Below are positions 40,057-49,736 of a DNA stretch of 64,000 nucleotides, piece by piece. Within the stretch, counting starts at the first letter, position 1. Every line of letters starts with the position of its first letter. The translations under genes and the position numbers were made by a program. The stretch is from contig OY970355.1 in the NCBI GenBank assembly GCA_963718525.1, forward strand, positions 2,784,001 through 2,848,000. Direction: 5' to 3'. The notes beneath the pieces were generated by a model, which was not told the DNA's origin, did no database searches, and was given only the letters and a program-made list of their open reading frames with translations. The DNA comes from Candidatus Dormiibacterota bacterium. Its GTDB lineage: Bacteria; Chloroflexota; Dormibacteria; Aeolococcales; Aeolococcaceae.

Positions 40057-42381
40057 CTAGTCCGGACCCAACTCGCGCTCAACCCAGCGCGCCACCTCGG
40101 CCCGGGAGTTGATACCGAGCTTGTTGAGGATGTTCGACACGTGCGTCTCCACGGTCCGCTCTGAGAGAAAGCATCGCGAGGCGATCTCCTTATTGCTCAT
40201 GCCGTCTGCGACAAGGCGGGCAACCTCCAGTTCGCGCTTGCTCAGCGGCGTCACGTTCTTTGCATCAACATGAGCGTCGCGCGGGGCTGGTTTCTTCTCG
40301 TCGAGCGCGAAGGCGATTGCTTCATCCGTCGACATCCGCTTGCCCGCTTGGGTCTCCGACTCCAACGCCGGGATTCCAAGCGAGATCGCAATTGTCTCCC
40401 GCGCGTGCGCCAGCACAGGTTCCATATGCGGCATCAGGCGAATGCCGGTCTCGGTCTGCAGGTTCTCCGCGGCACCAAGCAACCGTGCAGACCTCTGTAG
40501 CCTGCCCACCATCGCCGCATGACTCGCCAGCCCGTCGAGAACGTAGAGGATCATGTCGCGGTTTTCGAGACGCCGCTCGATTCCCAGTGCTTCCTGCAAT
40601 AGAGGGCCAGCCTGGTCGGGTTGGTCCCTCTGTAGAAGGGAGAACCCGTAGGAGGAAAGCAGGTAACTGAGAGTCTGCAGGTCACCGCGATCGCGAGCCC
40701 GAGGTGCCCACTCGGTATAGACACGGCCAACGGTTTCGACGTCCGCCTCGGCGAGCGCAATGAACCCCTCTGTGAGGGCCAACATCGCGTCGACACCCGG
40801 GTCGTCAAGCCCCTGAGCCAGGGTCCTCGCTTCGCGCAGCTGCGACCGAGCGCCCTCAAGGTCACCGCTCATGACGCGGATACCCGCGGAGACCGAGAGG
40901 ATCCTGGCGAGCAGCGGCGAGTCATGCGCGGCGCGAGCTATTGCGTCTGCCTCCTGCAGAACTGGCGATGCGGTCGTCGCATCCCCGAGCACCATCGACA
41001 CATAACCGCGCGCGAAGAGGGCACGTGCCAGAATCGGATCGTCGTCGCCCCCGCCGTCTCGAGGATCGAGGTACAGGTCCAACCAGTACGCGCCCTCACT
41101 GGTCGCCCGCGCTGTCCAGTACCAGAGAAGAGAGCCGACCATGGAAACGCCGAGCGCGTGATCAGGACCGCGGAGACAGTGAGCAAGCGCAGCGCGCACG
41201 TTGTCTGCCTCCCCGTCAATGCGCTTGAGCCACTTGACGAGCTGGGGTGACTGCGCGGCCTTCTCCGCTACCTCGCACATGTTGGCGTAGAAAGCGGCGA
41301 AGGCCTTGGCAGCTGCGGGCTCCTCCCCCGCCTCGCGCAGTTTGATGAGCGCGTACTCGCGCATCGTCTCGTGGAGCTTGTAGCGTGCGTTTGCGGCTGG
41401 ACCCAATCGAGTCACGAACGACTTCTCAATCAGGCTCGACAGCAGCTCGAGCACGGACTTTCGATCGATGCCCGTCTGGGTTGCCACGGCTTCAACAGCA
41501 TCGAGGCTCATGTCGGACGGGAACACCGCGAGTTGTCGCAACAGTGCCGCTTCCGGGTCGCTCAACAGATCGTGGCTCCAGTCGATGGTGGCCAGGAGCG
41601 TCTGCTGTCGTGGTAGCGCCGCGCGGCTGCCACCTGTCAGGACCGCGAAACGATCGCTCAAGCGCTCGAGCAGCTGATCGAGACCGATTGTCCTCAACCT
41701 GACGGCCGCCAGCTCGAGTGCTAATGGCATGCCGTCCAGGCGACGACAGAGGTCGAGCAGCAATTGACGGGTGTCGTCCGTGTCCTCGAGTTGGACGCCG
41801 GCGTCGGCGGCTCGAGCCACGAGCAGAGCGACCGCCTCGGAGGGTGGAGCGCCCTGCCCGGGTTCGGCGCTCGATTCTCCCTGCAGCGTGAGAGGAGGCA
41901 CCTGAACGACGCGCTCACCGGAGATCCCCAACGGTTGACGGCTGGTGGCAAGGAGGCGAACTCCGGCGGCCTCCTTCAAGACGACATCGGCGAGAACGGC
42001 GACGGCGTCGAGGAGGTGTTCGCAGTTATCGAGGATCAGCAGCGCTTCGCGTGAGGCGAGGTGGGAGACCACGAGCGAGGTCGGCCACTGTCCGGACTGG
42101 TCAGCCACACCCAGACCGCTGATGACGGCCTTGGCAACCAGATGTGGATCTTCCAGACCGGCAAGGTCGATGAACCAGACGCCGTCACGCAGGGTTCGCT
42201 GGAGGTCAGCGCCCGCACGCAGGGCGAGGCGGGTCTTGCCCACGCCGCCAGGTCCCACTAGCGTCAGCAAGCGAGTGCTCGCGAATGCCGCCTTGACCTC
42301 CGCCAGCAAGCGCCGCCGGCCCACAAAGCTCGTTGACTCTGCGGGCAGCTTGCCCGCGACCGCTCGCTTGGATACGGGCAC
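40057..42381 (-). CDS. ATPase-LuxR transcriptional regulator (NB-ARC-like NTPase, helical repeats, LuxR HTH)
   Basis: GPGGVGKTRLA, LDNCEHL, DGMPLALELAA, C-terminal LSKRELEVA...SNKEIA...TVETHV. Confidence 0.92.
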   Translation of the reverse strand: MPVSKRAVAGKLPAESTSFVGRRRLLAEVKAAFASTRLLTLVGPGGVGKTRLALRAGADLQRTLRDGVWFIDLAGLEDPHLVAKAVISGLGVADQSGQWPTSLVVSHLASREALLILDNCEHLLDAVAVLADVVLKEAAGVRLLATSRQPLGISGERVVQVPPLTLQGESSAEPGQGAPPSEAVALLVARAADAGVQLEDTDDTRQLLLDLCRRLDGMPLALELAAVRLRTIGLDQLLERLSDRFAVLTGGSRAALPRQQTLLATIDWSHDLLSDPEAALLRQLAVFPSDMSLDAVEAVATQTGIDRKSVLELLSSLIEKSFVTRLGPAANARYKLHETMREYALIKLREAGEEPAAAKAFAAFYANMCEVAEKAAQSPQLVKWLKRIDGEADNVRAALAHCLRGPDHALGVSMVGSLLWYWTARATSEGAYWLDLYLDPRDGGGDDDPILARALFARGYVSMVLGDATTASPVLQEADAIARAAHDSPLLARILSVSAGIRVMSGDLEGARSQLREARTLAQGLDDPGVDAMLALTEGFIALAEADVETVGRVYTEWAPRARDRGDLQTLSYLLSSYGFSLLQRDQPDQAGPLLQEALGIERRLENRDMILYVLDGLASHAAMVGRLQRSARLLGAAENLQTETGIRLMPHMEPVLAHARETIAISLGIPALESETQAGKRMSTDEAIAFALDEKKPAPRDAHVDAKNVTPLSKRELEVARLVADGMSNKEIASRCFLSERTVETHVSNILNKLGINSRAEVARWVERELGPD

Positions 42382-42438
42382 ATCGCCAGTGTAGGCGGGC
42401 CTGGGATCCGGCGCCGTTCGGCCCGAGGAGCAAGAGTG

Positions 42439-42468
42439 AGCCCGGCCGGGATCGCACCCGGCCGGGCT
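42439..42468 (-). terminator. Hairpin after the DUF4386 gene
   Basis: AGCCCGGCCGGG-6-CCCGGCCGGGCT, 12-bp stem. Confidence 0.6.
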
Positions 42469-42480
42469 GGATGAGAAGAC

Positions 42481-43248
42481 CTACGCCGCTGGTGTCGGAT
42501 CCACCCGACGCGCAGCTCCTCCCGAGTAGGCGTCGGTCTGGAAACCCTTGGTGAAGAGCCAGAACGGCAGCACCAGTTCAAAGAACATGCCGGGGATCGT
42601 GAGCAGGAGGCCGATGTGGATCCCGAAGACTTCGGCGATGGCTCCAACCATAAGAATCGGATAGCCGATCAAGCCCGCAATCGACAGGAACCGGGGGATC
42701 AAGCGGGTCCGGAAAAGCAGCGCACACAGGGCCACGCAACCCAGGGCAAGTGTCATCTCGCCAAACTGGTAGAACATGGCGTTCGTGTGAACAAGGGCTG
42801 ATCCGCGGGCTACAGCCGTCGCAGCGTCAAGTCCGTGCTGGCCGCTCAAAGGCACGATCATCAACAAAGCGACCGCCCCTACGTCCAGCAACGTTACCTC
42901 GACAACCATTGTTGCCAGATAGGCAATCGCAGTTCTCCTGCTGTGCTTTCCTAGGATCGGAAAGAAGAGGGTCCCTTTGCCGAGGTCGACCACCGTGTTA
43001 AGCAACATCAGAACAGCTCCGATGATGAGGACAGTCGGGTGTGCGGCGATCGAATCGAGAAAGTGCGGCGCGCCGGCCGCGGATGTTGCGAGCGCGGAGC
43101 CAACTCCGTAGACGAGGAATCCCGACAGGAAGAGGGCTCCGATCAGTCTCGAATATGTCATCCGAGAACCCGTTACGCTGAGGCGGCGACGCCTGTCCAC
43201 GACGGGTTCGACGACGTCTGGCCTGCTGGACGAGATGGCTTGCTGCAT
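42481..43248 (-). CDS. DUF4386 membrane protein
   Basis: Multi-TM; LIPRFLSIAGLIGY, FELVLPFWLFTKG; AAGGAG SD before ATG 43248. Confidence 0.8.
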   Translation of the reverse strand: MQQAISSSRPDVVEPVVDRRRRLSVTGSRMTYSRLIGALFLSGFLVYGVGSALATSAAGAPHFLDSIAAHPTVLIIGAVLMLLNTVVDLGKGTLFFPILGKHSRRTAIAYLATMVVEVTLLDVGAVALLMIVPLSGQHGLDAATAVARGSALVHTNAMFYQFGEMTLALGCVALCALLFRTRLIPRFLSIAGLIGYPILMVGAIAEVFGIHIGLLLTIPGMFFELVLPFWLFTKGFQTDAYSGGAARRVDPTPAA

Positions 43249-43318
43249 CGGATCTCCTTGGTGGATTGGCGTTGGTGTGCGGCGTACTCGTAGGCTAGGA
43301 AGGGCGAGCCACGGGCGA

Positions 43319-43346
43319 ATCCGTGCGAGTACGTAGCCGGCACGTA
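43319..43346 (-). promoter_or_regulatory. TACGTGC-N7-GTACT-N6-GAT motif, copy 2
   Basis: Same layout as 37874-37901; TAGCCT 21 nt downstream. Confidence 0.55.
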
Positions 43347-43639
43347 AAAGTGCAGCCTTCAGCCATCCCTGCCCGACCGGGGGGATTTCTTTAACGGCGA
43401 AGTGGCTCCCTCCAGCCGACCCCAAGGCTTAGGACGATGAGCGCAGCGCGTGCAAGCTCAGACGCGCCGCACACAGTCACGCATCTCTTGGCCCCGTGGT
43501 TCAGGGAAGCGAGCCTTCGAACTCGCAAGCGCGGTGAAATTGCTCGCGCTTCAACAGCTACTCTCACCCGTCGAGTGGCAACACGTGCAGTAGCGACGAC
43601 TCCGGGCAGCGGGCGACGACGATCGAGGAGGCAGGTGAC

Positions 43640-44854
43640 ATGACAACGTCCAGGAAGCGAGGGCGACGAGGTGCCGGCAGCGCTCGCAAACGCGGCGACC
43701 GCTGGGAATTCCGCTTCCGCCTCGGCGGCAGACAACACAGCGTGTACGGCCGGACGCTCGCCGAGGCTCGAAGTAGAGCTCAGGCAACCCGGGCGGAATC
43801 GCAGCAGCGCTTGTCCCCCACGGTGGGCGATTGGCTCGCTCAGTGGCTGTCGTTGCGGCGAGATGCTTGGCGTCCGCAGACATGGCTTTCATACAACATG
43901 TATGCGCAGCACCACATTGTCCCGACCATCGGTGACGTTCCCATCCACGCGCTCACTGCTGAGCACATCGATCAGCTTCACACCACCATGCTTCGCACGG
44001 TCAGCGCAACCACGACGCGTCACGCACACGATGTCCTGGCGTCGGCGCTGCGCGCTGCTACGCGGCGTGGCCTCCGGGTGTCTTCCGCGATCCGCGACGT
44101 GCCCCCACCGCGCCGCTCTTCACCCCGGATCGAAACCCTTACCCGCGACGAGGTCACTCGGCTCATCGACACGGCGTATGGGGACGCCTTGGAAGCGGCG
44201 TATGTGCTGGCGGTCACCTTGGGCATGCGCCAGGGCGAACTACGGGGACTACGGTGGAGCGCCGTCCAGTTGCAAGAGCGCCGCCTGGTGGTGCGAAGCA
44301 GCGCGACGCGCACCCTCGACAACCAGCAGGTGATCAGCCTGCCCAAGACACGCGCGGGTCACCGCTCCCTGAGGCTGCCCGAGGTCGCCGTCGATGCATT
44401 GCTGCGCACGCAGCGCCGGGGTGAGCTGGTCTGGCCGGGATCCGAGGGCGACCCCATGCCAGCCTCATCGTTCTGCACGCGCTGGGCGGCGATGCGGCGG
44501 CGCGCCGGCATCCGCCCGGTCCATTTCCACGCCTTGCGGCACACAGCTGCGACGCTCGCCCTCGAGGACGGCATCTCGCCGCACGTCGTGGCCGCGATGC
44601 TCGGGCACGCTTCCGTCGCCACCACGCTTGGGGTGTATGCGCATGTCACCCATGTCAGTCTCGACGCGCTGACGGAGGCGATCAATTCCCGCCACCACCC
44701 CCGTGTCGATCTCCGGGTCATCAGCGGCGAGACAACGCCACGTGATGAGGGTACGAATGAGGGTACTGAACTGAAACCTCGCTACCCGTCAAGGGGAAAA
44801 GAGTGCCGAGAAAGGGAATCGAACCCTTACGCCCTTGCGAGCACAGCGCCCTGA
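43640..44854 (+). mobile_element. Tyrosine recombinase/integrase adjacent to tRNA-Leu
   Basis: Catalytic R (GMRQGE), K (PKT), HxxR (HALRH), H (LGH), Y (VYAH); GAGGAGG SD. Confidence 0.92.
44745..44766 (+). repeat. Tandem ATGAGGGTAC x2, candidate integrase arm-type sites
   Basis: Exact 10-mers at 44745 and 44757, about 40 nt from the tRNA 3' end. Confidence 0.6.
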
Positions 44855-44887
44855 ACGCTGCGTGTCTACCAGTTCCACCACCTCGGC
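44804..44887 (-). tRNA. tRNA-Leu(CAG), CCA not encoded
   Basis: GCCGAGG acceptor, CAGCG-TTCAGGG-CGCTG anticodon arm, long variable arm, AAGGG-TTCGATT-CCCTT. Confidence 0.96.
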
Positions 44888-44939
44888 GGGTGCCAGAGGA
44901 TGGTATCAGCGGCGCCGCGGTGTGCCCACCGGACCGCAC

Positions 44940-46547
44940 TCAGTGCAACTCCCACGCGGCGATGTCGTCATATCTCGCTGAACTCGGGTCCGACCGACGG
45001 CATTGGGGCCGTCGGCGCCGGCGATCTGAATACAACGGTCACGCGGGGCGTGTATAGAAAGATCGCCGGTGCATCGTCCGCCACGAGAGCTGCCACCTGG
45101 GCAGCTGCGCTGAGCCGGGCAGCACGACCCGGGACCTCGGCCAGCATGTCGAGCGCGGCGTCGAGAAAGGGGTCAGCGGTGCCCCCGGAGACGTCGTATC
45201 CATGGGGGGGCGTGGCGTTGGAGCGCCAGAACGCGCTCACGTCCGGGTCTGGGACCGGGTTCCACGCGTCGATCGCAAGCTGGAACTGACCGCTGTCGAG
45301 TGTGCCAGTGAGAAACGTCTGGGGCACTACCGCATTCACCGTCACGCGAACGCCGATCGCCGCGAGCTGACTTGCCACTTCACGCGCCACGGTGGGAAGC
45401 GGATTGATATTCGGCACTGCCAGCGTGAACGCCAGCTGGAGTGCGCCGCGATGGCGGACGCCGCCGGCACCGGCGACCCATCCGTTGGCGTCAAGGACCG
45501 ACGCCGCCACCGTGGGAGAGGATGCCTCGAGAGCCGCAGGTCCGACCCACGGGATGCCGGCGGAGAACGGGCCGGTCTCGACCACCCCCGCACGATTGTC
45601 CAGGGCTCCCGCCACAACGGCCGACCTGTTGATGGCGACGCCGATGGCGTGGCGGACCACCGAGTTGGCGAGGGTCGGCACACGCTCGTTGAACATGAGA
45701 TCGACAAACTCAGGAGTGGTCATGGTCTCCGCCTGCGCTCCTTTGACCTTGAGGAGCGTCGTGAGCTCTTCCGGTGTTGATGCGAGGAGCGCGCCGACGC
45801 TGCCGTTCGAGAACGCAGATGCCGCGTCCGCAAACGTGAGGAACAGGCGGAGCTCGTAGCTCTTGATGAACGGACGCACCGCCGCGTAGGGATTGGCTTG
45901 GAGGTCGAGTGCCAGCGCCGCCGTCGACTGCACCTCGTACGGACCGGAGGTCGGCAGCGGCGACGTCGGGTGCGTCGCGGCGGCGACCAGCTCATGGGCA
46001 TCCAATGAGCCCAACGGAAGGATCGGCATCTGCGTCAGCGTCGCCGCGAAGGACGCCCGCGGCGCCGGCAGCGTGAAGGTCACCGTGTTCACTGCGGTGG
46101 CGACCCGGACACCCCGGAGTGCGGTCGCCAGGTTCGGGTCGCTGGCAGCCCTGGACACCGCGAACGCTTCGGTGGCCACAACATCAGCAACCGTGATCGG
46201 CGCTCCGTCCGACCACCGGAGGTTCGTCTGGGGCACGACGGTGTACACAAGACCGTTCGCGCTCACCTCGTACGACGATGCGAGATCAGGCACCGGATAT
46301 CCGGTGCCGTCGAGCTTCAGCAGCGACCTGTAGAGGAGATGGCCGACGTCGACGACCGCGGGATCGGAGGCGTCGATCAGCGGGTTCAGCGACATGGGCC
46401 GCTCGCTGACCACGAGCCCCTCGGTGAACTGAGGGCCGCCGATCAGTCCGAAATGCAGCGAGAGCGCGTACCCGAGGGCGCTGATCCCCAGCAGGCCGAG
46501 TGCGAACCCGGCAACGACCTCAATCGGCCTGTGCCGACGCAGCCACC
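44940..46547 (-). CDS. Peptide ABC transporter substrate-binding protein (family 5); 1-nt insertion near the 3' end, start codon unclear
   Basis: SLNPL, LYRSLL, PDLASSY, WSDGAPITVADV, VRHAI; removing one base at ~44981 gives ...SARYDDIAAWELH*. Confidence 0.8.
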
Positions 46548-46781
46548 TTACTTGGTGACGTAGGTTGCGAGCACCGAGACGACGACGAACAGCGCGATCA
46601 TCGCGGCCGAGAAGCGCAGCAGGCTCGCCTCCAGCCCGCGGCGGCGCCGGTACCCGCCCCCGGAATCTCCTCCACCACCGATCGTGCCGCCGAGTCCGGT
46701 CGACTTCGGGGTCTGGAGGAGGATGCCAAGGATCGCGAGAACCCCGATCACCACCTGGGCCACGGTCAGGGCGGTCTTCAC
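46548..46781 (-). CDS. secG: Preprotein translocase subunit SecG
   Basis: ILLQTPKSTGLGGTIGG...RRGLEASL; AAGGAGG SD before GTG. Confidence 0.9.
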   Translation of the reverse strand: MKTALTVAQVVIGVLAILGILLQTPKSTGLGGTIGGGGDSGGGYRRRRGLEASLLRFSAAMIALFVVVSVLATYVTK

Positions 46782-46904
46782 GCAACAACGCCTCCTTGAC
46801 AACGCATCGGCCCGAGTATAGGCGGCCAGGAGGGATCCCTTCCTCCTGTGAATGGCTTGTGCCCCTTCTGGGCCTACGCTTGTTTGTGATACTGTGTCCA
46901 CGAA

Positions 46905-47969
46905 ATGTACTTGCTGCGTAGGGCCACCGTCCCGGTCTGGCGCTGGATTGTCGGCGCCGTCGTGGCGGCGGCGTTGGTCGTCGGATGTGCCCAGGTCCAG
47001 GCGATCGCAGTCCACCCGCCACCTCCCGCTCCTCTGCTCGGACCCGCGCCGGCTCTCATCGTCGGGGCTGACCAGGTGACCCTGCTTCGCAGCGGACCGG
47101 CGACGTTTGATCGACTGGAGTCATTGATCAACGCTGCGCGGCTGAGCGTCCACGTCGAGATCTACGAATTTGGTCAGCGCCGCCTTGCCTCGGCCCTGGT
47201 TGCAGCGAAGTCGCGTGGCGTCGCCGTCACAGTCATCGAGGATCCGTCCGAGCTTGCCAGCGCGGCGACCGCGGCGCGACTTCTCACCGCAGGCATCGAC
47301 GTTGTCGAGTACCCCGTGCGAAAGATGATGATCGACCACGTCAAGCTGCTCGTCGTCGACGCCGCTGTTGCCGTCGTTGGTGGCATCAACTGGGGAGTCA
47401 GCTCACCGGCGAACCATGACTACGATGCCGAGCTGCGCGGGCCCGTCGTCCACAATCTGGATCGGGTCTTCGATCGCGATCTGGTCACATGCGGGCGCGG
47501 CGTCCCAGTACCGGACCGCATGCCCGACCCCTCGATCGACATCGCCGCCACCCTCCCCGGCACCGAGATTCGACCGCTGGCGCTCGGCCTGATCGACGGC
47601 GCGCAACACACGCTCGATCTCGAGCTCTTCGTCCTGACGGACACCGGCGTCGTCCACGCCCTCGAGGCTGCCGCGCTTCGTGGTGTCTCGGTTCGCATCC
47701 TGCTCGACCCCTCCCAACCCTCGAGCGATCCGTCCTATGCGGCGCTGCTCGGTGCAGGTATCCAGATCCGCTGGTATCGGAGCCGTGGTGAGCTGTTGCA
47801 CGCCAAGGCGATCGTGGCCGATGCAACCTCGGTGCTCTTCGGCAGCGCCAACTGGTCCGGGGGCGGTTTTGCGCGCAACCACGAGCTCGACATCGAACTG
47901 ATCTCGGCACCGCGCGTTGCAGCGGAGATGCTCGCTCAGATGGACCTCAACTGGGCGGCGAGCGCATGA
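46905..47969 (+). CDS. Phospholipase D-family protein (two HKD motifs)
   Basis: HVKLLVVD...GGIN and HAKAIVAD...GSAN. Confidence 0.88.
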   Translation: MYLLRRATVPVWRWIVGAVVAAALVVGCAQVQAIAVHPPPPAPLLGPAPALIVGADQVTLLRSGPATFDRLESLINAARLSVHVEIYEFGQRRLASALVAAKSRGVAVTVIEDPSELASAATAARLLTAGIDVVEYPVRKMMIDHVKLLVVDAAVAVVGGINWGVSSPANHDYDAELRGPVVHNLDRVFDRDLVTCGRGVPVPDRMPDPSIDIAATLPGTEIRPLALGLIDGAQHTLDLELFVLTDTGVVHALEAAALRGVSVRILLDPSQPSSDPSYAALLGAGIQIRWYRSRGELLHAKAIVADATSVLFGSANWSGGGFARNHELDIELISAPRVAAEMLAQMDLNWAASA

Positions 47970-47978
47970 ACTCCCCTC

Positions 47979-48007
47979 TTGACAAGCGACCGGTCTCGAT
48001 ATATCGT
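47979..48007 (+). promoter_or_regulatory. Sigma70-type promoter with a CGATATATCG palindrome (candidate PadR operator)
   Basis: TTGACA-17-TATCGT; palindrome at 47997-48006 overlaps the -10. Confidence 0.65.
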
Positions 48008-48043
48008 TGGAACATCGAATCAGCCGCCATGGAGCGACCCGAC

Positions 48044-48724
48044 ATGACCAGAGAACGATCCCATCCGACTTCCCACGATGAGTGGGGTTGGGCACACCAC
48101 GACGCCGCCGCGCGCTTCCACCACGTCCGCCAGCACCTCGAGCATGGGGTGAGGAACCGCCACCGCAGGGGATGGCCGCCCTTCGATGCCCCGGACTTCG
48201 CGGCCGGTTTCAGTGGCCACGGAGGTTTCGGACCGGGGTTCGGTCCGGGCAGGCGTGCTGCCCGCGGTGACGTGCGCGCCGCCATCCTCGTCCTCCTGGC
48301 CGAGAAGCCGTCGCACGGCTATCAGATCATTCAAGAGCTCGAGCGCCGGAGCGACGGTGCCTGGCGGGCAAGTCCTGGATCGGTGTACCCAACGCTGCAG
48401 CAGCTCGAAGACGAGGGCCTGGTTCGGGCCGTCGAGGCAGACGGCGGACGCCGGGTGTTCGAGCTGACCGAGTTGGGTCGCGAGGAGGCGAGCAAACTCG
48501 CGGCCGGTCCAGCGCCATGGGCAGAGGCGGCGGGTTCCGTCGGGGGCGACCATCGCGACCTTCGTGATCAGGCCTTCCAGCTGCTTGCCGCCACCTGGCA
48601 GGTCAGCCGGACCGGTGACGCCGCACACATCGCACAGGCGCGCACCATCCTGCACGAGGCGCGTCGCAAGCTGTACCTGCTGCTCGCCGGCAGTGAGTCG
48701 CCGTCGGAAAAGACCGAGGACTGA
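48044..48724 (+). CDS. PadR-family regulator with a His/Gly-rich N-terminus
   Basis: RGDVRAAIL, HGYQII, SPGSVYPTLQQLEDEG. Confidence 0.9.
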   Translation: MTRERSHPTSHDEWGWAHHDAAARFHHVRQHLEHGVRNRHRRGWPPFDAPDFAAGFSGHGGFGPGFGPGRRAARGDVRAAILVLLAEKPSHGYQIIQELERRSDGAWRASPGSVYPTLQQLEDEGLVRAVEADGGRRVFELTELGREEASKLAAGPAPWAEAAGSVGGDHRDLRDQAFQLLAATWQVSRTGDAAHIAQARTILHEARRKLYLLLAGSESPSEKTED

Positions 48725-48763
48725 CGACAGGCATCTGTCGCCAGGCCCGGCGATGATGGGCAC

Positions 48764-49063
48764 ATGCCCCAGAACGCCGTGATCATCGACGCCGCGACCC
48801 GCTTCCTTCGCAGCAACCCGGAGTTGGTCGACGTCGCCCGGCGCGGCGCGGTTGAAAGCGGTCAGCTGTTCGACGACCTCATCGCCGATGCGATCCGCCG
48901 GATGCGCCGGTCAGGATTCGAAGCGGTAGCGCAGGAAGAGGTGATCGTCGGACCGCCGCACCAACTCGATCGCGATCCGGAGCAGCGCATCCGAAGCGGC
49001 GGCGAACCCGTCGACGATTCCCGGCCGCGGCTGGTCGTGATCGCGTCCGGCGACACGCGGTGA
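48764..49063 (+). CDS. Hypothetical protein
   Basis: Plausible helical N-terminal half; 3' half overlaps the opposite-strand gene by 153 nt. Confidence 0.4.
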   Translation: MPQNAVIIDAATRFLRSNPELVDVARRGAVESGQLFDDLIADAIRRMRRSGFEAVAQEEVIVGPPHQLDRDPEQRIRSGGEPVDDSRPRLVVIASGDTR

Positions 49064-49726
49064 GACGGTCAAGAACAGCTCGTGCACCGCGTGATCCGCA
49101 AGCAGGCGGCCGAACAATGACGGTCCGCCTTCGCAGAGCAGCAGCCCTGGCCCAAGCGCCGCCGTCACTGCAGACACCACGCCGGCACCACTGATCCCCT
49201 CCTCGCCCACCTCGATCACGGTGACCCGCGGATGCGCGACTCGAACCCGCGCGGCTCCAGCAGACGACGTGATCACGGCGACGCCAGAGGCGGGATGATC
49301 CAGCGCCACGTGCGCGGGAAGATCGCCACTCCCCGACACAACCACCAGCATCGGCGGCTGCCTCGACCCAGTGCGCTCGAAACGGAACTGCGCGACCACC
49401 GGAGCGTCCTCACCGGCGACGGCGGCCGGCGTCCACTGATGACCGGGCGTGGCACGAAGATTGCCGGCGCCAATGACGACGGCATCGGCGCTCGCTCGCA
49501 GCAGCGCCATCAGGTAGCGATCGGCACGCGAGCTGCCGCTCAGCGTCGTCGAGTTGGTCCCGTCGGTCAGTCCGAGCGAGGCGACGCCGTCGACCGACGC
49601 GACAAAATTGGCAATGACATACGGCCGCGGCGTCGCCGGAAATCGCAGCGGGCCACCATACCCCGCCTCGGCACCGAGCGCCTCGACATCCGTGGCGCCG
49701 CTCAGGACCTGGAAGACCGGCGGCAC
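48911..49726 (-). CDS. RibD-like pyrimidine reductase family protein
   Basis: ANFVASVDG, ADAVVIGAG, CEGGP, ELFLTVSP. Confidence 0.85.
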   Translation of the reverse strand: MPPVFQVLSGATDVEALGAEAGYGGPLRFPATPRPYVIANFVASVDGVASLGLTDGTNSTTLSGSSRADRYLMALLRASADAVVIGAGNLRATPGHQWTPAAVAGEDAPVVAQFRFERTGSRQPPMLVVVSGSGDLPAHVALDHPASGVAVITSSAGAARVRVAHPRVTVIEVGEEGISGAGVVSAVTAALGPGLLLCEGGPSLFGRLLADHAVHELFLTVSPRVAGRDHDQPRPGIVDGFAAASDALLRIAIELVRRSDDHLFLRYRFES

Positions 49727-49736
49727 TGTGAGTCGC

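Noticed and set aside
46782-47022. Long N-terminal extensions of the SBP and SecG ORFs in the track
   Set aside because: They overlap secG, its SD and the divergent PLD gene; typical high-GC open-frame artefacts.
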